A stretch of 36,765 nt of DNA, taken from positions 1-36,765 of the IMG/VR virus record IMGVR_UViG_3300022208_000015, one strand, 5' to 3'. Every line of letters starts with the position of its first letter. Positions within the stretch are counted from its first letter, which is position 1. The notes beneath the pieces are model-generated. The model saw only the letters and a program-made list of their open reading frames with translations, had not been told where the DNA came from and searched no databases. Origin of the DNA: a virus (lineage: Duplodnaviria; Caudoviricetes). Shown one piece after another: positions 24,975 to 31,737 of this stretch. The position numbers and the translations under genes were made by a program.

Positions 24975-25438
24975 CGGATGGCGCCCTCCCCGGTGGTGTT
25001 GTCAACGGATTTGGCGCAGTGGCCGGGATCAAACCAGTGCAGGGCGCGGCATATCCAGTAACAGACCCGGCAGCGCTTGCCCTTGCGCTCGATTTTGCCC
25101 AACCGGCTGCTGATGGTTTCCGTTGGGTCGCCGCCCAGCAGGGCGTTTCCCAGCATGTCCACCGCGCGGGCCACGCGCACAAAGGCGGTAAACACCTGTT
25201 TGCCCAGCCACATGGCGACCGAGCGGATGCCCGACGGGAGGGCGCACAGCAGGGACCGGGTTGCCCCGCCGAGGGCCCGGACTCGCTCGCCGATGGCCGC
25301 GCCCACCACCGCCATGACCAGCAGCAGGTAGCCGAACGGCTCCAGGATCACGTCCGCGATGCCCGTGCCCAGCGCCTCGAATATCTGCACGAGAGCGACG
25401 CACAGATTGTGGAAATACCGCATGATGGTGTTGACCAT
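24971..25438 (-). CDS. Hypothetical membrane protein in the lysis cassette
   Basis: Hydrophobic N-terminal half; C-terminal D.LGNALLGGDP.ETISSR.GK...C..C..IC..L...DPGHC. GAGG SD. Confidence 0.75.
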   Translation of the reverse strand: MVNTIMRYFHNLCVALVQIFEALGTGIADVILEPFGYLLLVMAVVGAAIGERVRALGGATRSLLCALPSGIRSVAMWLGKQVFTAFVRVARAVDMLGNALLGGDPTETISSRLGKIERKGKRCRVCYWICRALHWFDPGHCAKSVDNTTGEGAIR

Positions 25439-25445
25439 ATATCCT

Positions 25446-26015
25446 CTATTTGCCGATGATCTGTTTGCCCAGGGTGATGAGATCGCCCACCGGGGCCGCG
25501 CCAGCGGCCAAAGCCTTGTCGCGTGAGCGCGTCCACACCCCCACCCCCACCACCGACATGCCCACAGACCACATCAGGCTCAAATCCGCCAGCGCGCCGA
25601 TTACAGGGACGGCGCGCACCGGGTCGGTGACCGCCAGCCAGGCGATGGCCAGCATGACCGCCGCCCAGGTGGCGGCCATCGTGTAACCAAACGTGGGCCG
25701 CCAGCGGCTGACGTATTTGTCGTTGGCGGCGGCCTCTGTGCGCATGGTGGTGTTGACCTCGGCCAGTTGGCCGATATCCGCTCGCAGCACCATCTCGCCC
25801 ATGCGCTGCAAGTGGGCCATTTCGGCCTCGCGCAGGCGCACCAGGGCGTCGGGGCTGGCGGCCAGCAGGGCCTCATGCACCCGGTCCGGGGTGGCCTCCA
25901 CCCCCAGGGCGGTGGCGATCACCCCGCCGATGGCGGCGCCCGCCGGGCCACCCAGCAGCCCGCCCAGCACCGGCGCGGTTTTACTGACCGTGGTTGCAAC
26001 GCGGTCCCAACTCAT
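25446..26015 (-). CDS. Holin-like protein (GTA 3TM holin type)
   Basis: AP.LG..LGGPAGA.IG N-terminus, RWRP..GY, TM segments and a G...RS.DK end; adjacent to the endolysin. Confidence 0.8.
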   Translation of the reverse strand: MSWDRVATTVSKTAPVLGGLLGGPAGAAIGGVIATALGVEATPDRVHEALLAASPDALVRLREAEMAHLQRMGEMVLRADIGQLAEVNTTMRTEAAANDKYVSRWRPTFGYTMAATWAAVMLAIAWLAVTDPVRAVPVIGALADLSLMWSVGMSVVGVGVWTRSRDKALAAGAAPVGDLITLGKQIIGK

Positions 26016-26473
26016 GCCGTGGCCTCCAGCACGTGGTCCGCCAGCGGCGCCATGCCGCCCGCACGCCAGGCGGGCACGTCAAAATTGGGGCAGGTTTTGT
26101 GGGACTCCACCTGGCGGTGGCCGATGACCGTGGCGCCCGAAAACCGGGCCTCCAGCTCGGCGACCAGGGTGGCCAGGGATTGCCACTGCGCGGGCGTGTA
26201 TCGCCCGATGGCGTCACCGCCGGTGCCGCCGCCCACCATGCAGATTCCGACCGAGTAGGCATTGTGGTTTGCGGCGTGGGCGCCCATTTTTTCCAGCGGG
26301 CGACCATTTTCCACCGTACCATCCAGGCAGATGACAAAGTGGTAGCCGATATCCGCCCAGCCGCGCCCCACGGGCGGCGGCGCGGTGTGCCACCGACGGA
26401 TGGTGGCCGCCCGCACGTCGCGGCCGTGGGGTGTAGCGGAGCAGTGGATGATGATTTTGGTGATGTCCCTCAC
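26012..26473 (-). CDS. Endolysin, N-acetylmuramoyl-L-alanine amidase (T7 lysozyme-like)
   Basis: Motifs IIIHCSAT, GW.DIGYHFVI, GRP....GAH, S.GIC.VGG, GHR and K.CPNFDV. GTG start at 26473 is inferred. Confidence 0.95.
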   Translation of the reverse strand: MRDITKIIIHCSATPHGRDVRAATIRRWHTAPPPVGRGWADIGYHFVICLDGTVENGRPLEKMGAHAANHNAYSVGICMVGGGTGGDAIGRYTPAQWQSLATLVAELEARFSGATVIGHRQVESHKTCPNFDVPAWRAGGMAPLADHVLEATA

Positions 26474-26694
26474 GGGCGGGACTTCAGCAAAAAGATTGTT
26501 GCACCGGGGTGACAGCGCATCGCCGTCGCCCGTCCGTGGTGATGACGGGCAGTGGCGGGGAAAATGACGCTGCCGCCCCGGTGCTGGCGAGGCCGCGTCC
26601 GTGGTTGCCGGTGCGGGGGATGTGCGGACGCGGCCCTGCTGCCTGGGGATGTACGAGCAGTAGTAATGACGAGATTTGAAACCGGCAACCACAT
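26470..26694 (-). other. Structured late leader / 74-codon uORF whose stop overlaps the endolysin GTG
   Basis: The ATG sits at the predicted +1, the stop forms a GTGA overlap, and there are several 7-12 bp inverted repeats. Confidence 0.55.
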
Positions 26695-26701
26695 GAGCCG
26701 C

Positions 26702-26747
26702 AGATTACCCGCGCGGGGGGGGGTAGGGTTTGCCGAAAGACTTCCGC
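26702..26747 (-). promoter_or_regulatory. Late promoter (Plys-like): Mor/C-type dyad plus -10
   Basis: TGCCGAA-N4-TTCCGC (26731-26747), then 23 nt, TAATCT (26707-26702), 7 nt and the ATG at 26694. Same geometry as the protease promoter. Confidence 0.75.
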
Positions 26748-26750
26748 TTC

Positions 26751-26792
26751 TTTTACCCGAACAACTGTGTATTTTTACCCAAACAACTGTGT
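26751..26792. repeat. 22-bp-period tandem duplication TTTTACCC(G/A)AACAACTGTGT
   Basis: Copies at 26751-26770 and 26773-26792 are 19/20 identical. Confidence 0.9.
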
Positions 26793-27209
26793 CTGGCGAT
26801 CATCCCGGATGGGGGCGGGGGGGGGTGGGGCATCAGCGCGGGCGATGGCGCGCTTGAGCGCGTTGCCGATGGTGCGCTCGGTGCATCCGTGGCGCAGGGC
26901 CAGCTCACCCTGGGTGGCGTTGGTCTGGTGATATTCAGTCATGATCTGCGCGTCCCACGCGGCCTGCATGGCCGCCTGGGCGCGGGGCACCACGATCACC
27001 TGTTTCCCGTAGCGCCCGCGCAGGGCCTCTGATTTTTCTGGCCCGATCAGATCCACCAGCTCACCCGACGGCCCCTTGCGGCCAATCCACAGGCGCACAC
27101 CGCCGTATCGCCGCACTATCGCAAGTGCGGCGTCCAGACCGATCACCTCCGCCATCTCGCGCGCGGTGGCGGGCAGGTCGCCCAGGTGGATGGCGGCAGG
27201 ATCGCTCAC
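26775..27209 (-). CDS. Mor/C family late transcription activator
   Basis: LP....E.AEVIG..AAL..V..YGG..L, then an HTH (ELA.RHG.TER.I..). It is the last early gene before the lysis cassette. GTG start at 27209. Confidence 0.9.
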   Translation of the reverse strand: MSDPAAIHLGDLPATAREMAEVIGLDAALAIVRRYGGVRLWIGRKGPSGELVDLIGPEKSEALRGRYGKQVIVVPRAQAAMQAAWDAQIMTEYHQTNATQGELALRHGCTERTIGNALKRAIARADAPPPPAPIRDDRQTQLFG

Positions 27210-27856
27210 GCGGCGCCGCCCCCCTGACCGTGGGTTTTGGCCAGTTGGGCGATGCACAAGTCGGCAGCGGCGGCGCTGATGGCGCTCATGGTTTTGGGCA
27301 CGCGGATCCGGGCGCGGTCGTTGATGATCCCCCGGTTGTGCAGGTCGAGCGTGTTGCGCACATAGGCGATCAGGCTGTTGGCGCCGGGCGTTACCAGCCC
27401 GGCAATCTCCAGCATGGCCCACACCGCCCGCAGTCGCTCGCGGGCGGCCCACGCCTTGAGCGCCTCGATGACGAAACTGCCCTTTTTTACCGGCAGCCAG
27501 GCGACATTATCCACACCGCACAGCCGCTTTACATAGGCGTTGAGGGCGGTTTCGCTGGCATTTTTGACAATGCCCTCTTTGGCCATATCGATCCATAGAG
27601 CGCGGACCTTGTCGGCCTGGCCCTTTTCGATGTCGGGCTTGTGGCGTGAGGCCGGGCCACGCTTGCGGGCCGGGGCCTTCCAGCCCTTGGCGATAAACTC
27701 GCGGATGACCGCGTCGAGATGGATGTCGGTGCAGTCACCAGCCGAAACATGGCCGGTGATGCGGCGCAGCATCAGGCGATATTCGGTGTCACCCAGCCCC
27801 ATCTGCGCCTTTGCGATGTGGATTTTGGCCAACAGGCCCCGGCGGGTGGGGGTCAC
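27206..27856 (-). CDS. gemA: GemA / Mu gp16 (DUF1018) family protein
   Basis: Motifs LAKIHIAK.Q.GL....YR..L...TG..S, K.RALW, AL.AYVKR..GVD...WL and VIEALK.W. Confidence 0.92.
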   Translation of the reverse strand: MTPTRRGLLAKIHIAKAQMGLGDTEYRLMLRRITGHVSAGDCTDIHLDAVIREFIAKGWKAPARKRGPASRHKPDIEKGQADKVRALWIDMAKEGIVKNASETALNAYVKRLCGVDNVAWLPVKKGSFVIEALKAWAARERLRAVWAMLEIAGLVTPGANSLIAYVRNTLDLHNRGIINDRARIRVPKTMSAISAAAADLCIAQLAKTHGQGGGAA

Positions 27857-28113
27857 AATACCTCCCAGTGGCGGCAGGCCGGGGACGCCGACTTCACGTC
27901 GGTGCCTCTGCCGCCGGTCCAGTGTTTTTGCATCAGGCCGCATTTGCGGTAGGTTTTGGCCTTTTGCACCCGCGCCAGGTGGCGGCAAGTGCCGCAGGTT
28001 TCCCCAGCGGGGCCGGTGCCCGGCTGCGCGGCGTAGCCCCCCAGCCGCCTGTCGCGCGGCGGCGCCACGTGGGTATCCAGGTCGGGAATCAGGCCGAGTT
28101 GCCAGGATGTCAT
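27853..28113 (-). CDS. Hypothetical Cys-rich protein (86 aa)
   Basis: GYAA.PGTGPAGETCGTC.H...KC.L....WT.G..TD....PAC..W pattern; start at ATG 28113. Confidence 0.8.
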   Translation of the reverse strand: MTSWQLGLIPDLDTHVAPPRDRRLGGYAAQPGTGPAGETCGTCRHLARVQKAKTYRKCGLMQKHWTGGRGTDVKSASPACRHWEVL

Positions 28114-28123
28114 TGGCTGGGCC

Positions 28124-28519
28124 TCAATCTGTGTCGGCCCAGTCGGACTCGCTGCCGTCTGGCTCCGCCGTAGCACGTATAGAGCGTTGTGTGGATAGGA
28201 TGAGTTTGGCAAGATCCGCAGCGGTTTCCAGCCGGGCTGGGTGGGTGGTTGCCGATTGCCCGGATTGCTTTTTACGTATCCCGAGTACGGCACTTGGATC
28301 AAGCTCTCCCCACCGGCAGATTTTCCCGAATGTAACCAAGTCAATTTTATGGCCCCTCTCAAATCTGGACAGTGTGGCGGGACTGATACCAATCGCGGCG
28401 GCGGTTGCGCGGATTCCCACGTCGCCCCTGCGGTCGCGGAGATACGCACCAAGGGTTTGCAACGTTGGCACCCCGTGGACATCCAGGTCAGGGGTCAGGC
28501 CGAGTTGCAGTGGGATCAT
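28124..28519 (-). CDS. XRE-family HTH protein
   Basis: LGAYLRDRRG..GIRA.AAAIGISPATLSRFERG; ATG at 28519 by ATGA overlap. Confidence 0.85.
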   Translation of the reverse strand: MIPLQLGLTPDLDVHGVPTLQTLGAYLRDRRGDVGIRATAAAIGISPATLSRFERGHKIDLVTFGKICRWGELDPSAVLGIRKKQSGQSATTHPARLETAADLAKLILSTQRSIRATAEPDGSESDWADTD

Positions 28520-28719
28520 GCCAGCCTCCGTTTTTGCACCAGCCACGCCGCGACGTGCAGGGTTATGGCCTGGTCGCATCCCGGCAGCGGCTCCGGCGGC
28601 CAGGAACCGGGCGATAACTGCGATTTGGGGATCCACACCTCGCGGTCCCCCGCCACGATCACGCACACGGCGGATTCGCCGTCCCAGCGGTAGCGACAGG
28701 GCACTGGCACGGTGGTCAT
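28516..28719 (-). CDS. Hypothetical protein (67 aa, VWIPKSQ motif)
   Basis: Coupled by ATGA overlaps; the W.PKSQ motif is common in small phage proteins. Confidence 0.75.
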   Translation of the reverse strand: MTTVPVPCRYRWDGESAVCVIVAGDREVWIPKSQLSPGSWPPEPLPGCDQAITLHVAAWLVQKRRLA

Positions 28720-28865
28720 CGGGCGCCCCCCATCACGGCGGCCAGGGCGTCCCAGCATCCCCGCTGGTGCCCCGCCTGGCACGCGGGGCAGAACGTCCGT
28801 CCGCAGGTGGTGCAGCGCCACGGTTTTTCGGGCACGCGGGTGCAGGTCGAACATCGGGCGGTCAT
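28716..28865 (-). CDS. 49-aa zinc-finger microprotein (B-box/AN1-like spacing)
   Basis: Hand translation: MTARCSTCTRVPEKPWRCTTCGRTFCPACQAGHQRGCWDALAAVMGGAR. ATGA overlaps at both ends. Confidence 0.8.
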   Translation of the reverse strand: MTARCSTCTRVPEKPWRCTTCGRTFCPACQAGHQRGCWDALAAVMGGAR

Positions 28866-29389
28866 GTTGGGCTCCCCTCATTTTTGGCGGCAAAACCGGA
28901 CCCCCCCTTGCCCAGTCCCAGCCGGGCCAGCTCCGCGCGGGCGGATTCCGGCAGCGCCTCCGGCCGGGGGCGGTGGATGCCCGCGCGGCGCTGATGCTCG
29001 CGCTCGGTCTCATTTTTGGCGTCCGCCCGCTCCGCCAGATCGTAGACCACCGCGCGCAAATAGTTGTGGTTTTTGAGCGGGGTGGTTAGCGCCCCGGCCT
29101 CAAACCGCTCGCGCACGGCGAGCAGCCCTTCCGCCCAGATGGCGGGTGGGCATGGGCGGGCGGGCTTGCGATCCACGCTGATATGTCCGCGCCGGATGAT
29201 CTCGTCCAGCGTCGCCAGCACCTTGCGGGCGCGGGACCACGACAGACCGTTTTTGGCCGGGCGGAACAGGGCCAGATAGGCCAGCACCACGTCCGCCATG
29301 TCGCCCGGCAGGGCGGCGCGCGCGGCCACTTCGGCCGCCCACGTTTCAGCACTGGCCACCGCCCCGCATGCCGGGCAGGTCAGTTTCAC
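28862..29389 (-). CDS. Conserved Mu-like early hypothetical protein (N-terminal CPACG)
   Basis: KLTCPACGA...YL.LFRP....L.W.R...PLKNHNYL pattern; GTG start at 29389. Confidence 0.85.
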   Translation of the reverse strand: MKLTCPACGAVASAETWAAEVAARAALPGDMADVVLAYLALFRPAKNGLSWSRARKVLATLDEIIRRGHISVDRKPARPCPPAIWAEGLLAVRERFEAGALTTPLKNHNYLRAVVYDLAERADAKNETEREHQRRAGIHRPRPEALPESARAELARLGLGKGGSGFAAKNEGSPT

Positions 29390-29541
29390 CGGCGGCCACC
29401 CTGCGCGACGTGGCGCTCCTCGACCAGATGCACCAGCCAGAGCCCAATGATCCACGCCGCCGCCATGATGGTGACGCCCGCCATGGCGCCCAACGCGGCG
29501 TAGGCCGCGTTTTCCAATCCATACCAAATGTCGGGGTACAT
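29386..29541 (-). CDS. 51-aa single-TM membrane microprotein
   Basis: Hand translation: MYPDIWYGLENAAYAALGAMAGVTIMAAAWIIGLWLVHLVEERHVAQGGRR. It has a GAGGAG/AGG SD region and a GTGA overlap with the next gene. Confidence 0.7.
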   Translation of the reverse strand: MYPDIWYGLENAAYAALGAMAGVTIMAAAWIIGLWLVHLVEERHVAQGGRR

Positions 29542-29551
29542 ACCTGTCTCC

Positions 29552-29824
29552 TCAGTGCAGATGCATTTTGTTGCCGCGCCGCCAGCCCACGGTGATGACC
29601 GTTTCGCCCTCCGGGCTCAGGATGGCGTAGAGCCACGCCAGGCGCTCCAGCCCCATCTGGCGCAGCCGCTGCTTGCCGCTCCGATCGAAATAGACCACTT
29701 CGCCGTTGGACTGGCGAAACCAGGCGCCATGCTCGAACAGCACGACCAGATCCTCGGGGCGGATGCCGCGCTGGCGCATGCGCTCGCGCGCATGGTCGCT
29801 GGGGACGATGGCCTGCACCGTCAT
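29552..29824 (-). CDS. DUF4258-like (RelE/BrnT-fold) protein
   Basis: S.HARERMRQRGI....L......G...VITV pattern; GGAGG SD before ATG 29824. Confidence 0.8.
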   Translation of the reverse strand: MTVQAIVPSDHARERMRQRGIRPEDLVVLFEHGAWFRQSNGEVVYFDRSGKQRLRQMGLERLAWLYAILSPEGETVITVGWRRGNKMHLH

Positions 29825-30042
29825 TTGCAATCCTCCAGCTCCGCCGCCATCCAGTGTGTATCGGCGGCTGATCGCAGCCACTGCGCCGCGTCGCGGTGGG
29901 GGATGCCCACATGTTTGCGGGTGTGCATGTCGCCGGTGGTGACGTCCATCAGCACCTGGACCAACACCAGTTTTCCGGGCGGTGTGCCCGGCTGGGCGGC
30001 GCCCCCTGGCGACAAAATCGCCAGCAGATCACGCAGGGTCAT
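29821..30042 (-). CDS. Hypothetical protein (73 aa)
   Basis: AAGGAG SD; coupled to its neighbours. Confidence 0.7.
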   Translation of the reverse strand: MTLRDLLAILSPGGAAQPGTPPGKLVLVQVLMDVTTGDMHTRKHVGIPHRDAAQWLRSAADTHWMAAELEDCK

Positions 30043-30220
30043 GGCCGCACTCCTTTCGGGGTGTCAAATCGGCGTGGGGCGGCGACACTTTGCAGCCGGG
30101 GCAGTAGGCATAGCCCGCCCCGCCCACAGGCGCCCACTGCACCCGCACGCCGCAGTGCTCCCACCGGCCCGCCGCGATGGTTTGCGGGTCGGGCCGCCCC
30201 GCCAGCGCCGGGGCGGTCAC
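30029..30220 (-). CDS. Hypothetical protein (63 aa, HCG...CPGC)
   Basis: GTGA overlap with the gam stop codon. Confidence 0.6.
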   Translation of the reverse strand: MTAPALAGRPDPQTIAAGRWEHCGVRVQWAPVGGAGYAYCPGCKVSPPHADLTPRKECGHDPA

Positions 30221-30738
30221 TGGCCCGCCTCCAGCTCAACCGCGAACGGCACCACCACAAACTCCTCGCGCTGCTCGATGCGCAGCCCGGCGATGCTCGC
30301 CACGGCGGCCGGGTCGGCCAAAATGGCCTCCTTGTCGATCTCCTCCTCCGGCTGACGTAAAAACCGGGTCATCCCGGCGCGGCGCAGGGCGTCCAGCACC
30401 GCGCTGACCCCACGCACCACCACCCGTGGCGGGGTGACCCGCCAACGGATTTCACCGGTGGCCAGCATCACGGTTTTGGTTTTGCCGCCATGGGTGAGCA
30501 CGGCGCGGTTGGCGGCGGCCCAGGTCTCCAGCCCGTTGGTGAGCACCTGGATGCGGTCCGCCAGCGGCGTGGCCGTGCCTTCGTGCCTGCCTTTGATGCC
30601 AGACAGTTCCTCATTCATGGCCGCCTGGATGACCTGCAACTCGCGTTGCAGGCGGCCGATTTCGGCCACGGCGGCCTCGGCCTCGGTGCGGTTTTGCGGC
30701 ACCGGGGTGGTGGCGGCGTTGGTTTTGGTTTTGCCCAT
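30217..30738 (-). CDS. gam: Host-nuclease inhibitor Gam
   Basis: PQ.R.EA.......G...R, W...NR..LT..GKTKT....GE..WR..PP.V and EI.KEAIL...E.F...PF patterns. Confidence 0.95.
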   Translation of the reverse strand: MGKTKTNAATTPVPQNRTEAEAAVAEIGRLQRELQVIQAAMNEELSGIKGRHEGTATPLADRIQVLTNGLETWAAANRAVLTHGGKTKTVMLATGEIRWRVTPPRVVVRGVSAVLDALRRAGMTRFLRQPEEEIDKEAILADPAAVASIAGLRIEQREEFVVVPFAVELEAGQ

Positions 30739-30767
30739 GGGTTTTGCCCTCTCTCCGTGGTGGGTGG

Positions 30768-30962
30768 TCAGGTGGCCTGCCGGGCCGACTCGCGGCGGCG
30801 CAGGTTTAGCAGATGGCGGGCGGCGCCCTCGTAGAGGTGGGGCTCCGAAACGAACCGCTCAAACGTGACGCCGGTCTGTTCGCGCAAACCGGACCGAATG
30901 AACAGCCAGCCCAACATGTCCAGGTTCGCGTCGCGCACCCGGGTTAAATCGATTGCTCGCAT
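30768..30962 (-). CDS. Hypothetical protein (64 aa)
   Basis: GGAGGG SD before ATG 30962; contains GVTFERFV..P. Confidence 0.7.
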   Translation of the reverse strand: MRAIDLTRVRDANLDMLGWLFIRSGLREQTGVTFERFVSEPHLYEGAARHLLNLRRRESARQAT

Positions 30963-31009
30963 GGTTCCCTCCGTGGTAACACACCAGCCGTCATGGCCGG
31001 TGGGTGGTA

Positions 31010-31285
31010 TCAGTCGCCCGCCCACACAATTTGGCAGCCGGTCCTTTCGAGGCTGGCCATCAGGCTGCCGGGGCCAGGGCTTCCGCAATTGCAGGGATTG
31101 AGGTAGCGATACATGCCGTCACAGTCCGGGCAAATGTGGGCGTCATCGAGGTTGTCACCGGGCTCCGGGTGGAGCGGAGCGATATCAGCCCCGCAAAACG
31201 GACACTCGATTTCCTCCCCTGGCTGGGGGATGTGCCCCGTGATTTCCACCCCACAATCGGGGCATTCGGTTTCAGTTTTTGACAT
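31010..31285 (-). CDS. Acidic zinc-ribbon protein (91 aa; LysW-like N-terminal CxxC pair)
   Basis: CPDCG...GEEIECPFCGA, plus CPDC and CNC; AAGGAG SD. Confidence 0.75.
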   Translation of the reverse strand: MSKTETECPDCGVEITGHIPQPGEEIECPFCGADIAPLHPEPGDNLDDAHICPDCDGMYRYLNPCNCGSPGPGSLMASLERTGCQIVWAGD

Positions 31286-31412
31286 GGTTTTCTCCTTTCG
31301 ATTTCCCACAGTTGCACAGCCCCAGCACCGCACCAAGGCCACCCAGCACGACGCCGAGGACGATTCCCGCCAGCAGCGCCAGCAGCATCAGATCACCGGT
31401 GTTTCCCTCCAT
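31272..31412 (-). CDS. 46-aa single-TM microprotein
   Basis: MEGNTGDLMLLALLAGIVLGVVLGGLGAVLGLCNCGKSKGENHVKN; GGAGG SD. Confidence 0.6.
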   Translation of the reverse strand: MEGNTGDLMLLALLAGIVLGVVLGGLGAVLGLCNCGKSKGENHVKN

Positions 31413-31737
31413 GGCTGCCACCCTCCAGTTGTTGGTTGTGTTTGCACGTGCGGCATGCCCGGTACAGCGCCACCCGCAGCGGGTTACTCGCCAAAAATTG
31501 CCGTGTCTGGTGTGCGAGGCACTTGTCCCGGCCCAGATCGCCCAACACCGGACAGTCCACCGTGACCCCCAGCAGCAGCCCCCGCACGCGTTCTTGCAGC
31601 CGCCCCAAATTGCCCTTGTAGGTACCCTTGAGCGCCTGATTGACCATGGCCGCCGATACCCCCAGCCGCCGCGCCACGTCGGACTGGGTGGTGCGGGCGC
31701 ACTCAGCACGCAGGACGTGCAGCCACTGGTCATCCAT
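31393..31737 (-). CDS. HTH transcriptional regulator with C-terminal Cys cluster
   Basis: TQ..VARRLGVS...V.Q.L.G.Y.G, V.CPVLG and L.RAC..C patterns. Confidence 0.85.
   Translation of the reverse strand: MDDQWLHVLRAECARTTQSDVARRLGVSAAMVNQALKGTYKGNLGRLQERVRGLLLGVTVDCPVLGDLGRDKCLAHQTRQFLASNPLRVALYRACRTCKHNQQLEGGSHGGKHR

Noticed and set aside
26474-26520. Frameshifted Com-like remnant (MRC + PRCNNLFAE) upstream of the endolysin
   Set aside because: It requires a 2-nt indel and has only one CxxC, so it is probably coincidental.
26660-26692. tRNA-like T-arm (GGTTTCAAATC on the minus strand)
   Set aside because: No cloverleaf, acceptor stem or anticodon arm could be built. No tRNA gene is supported in the window.
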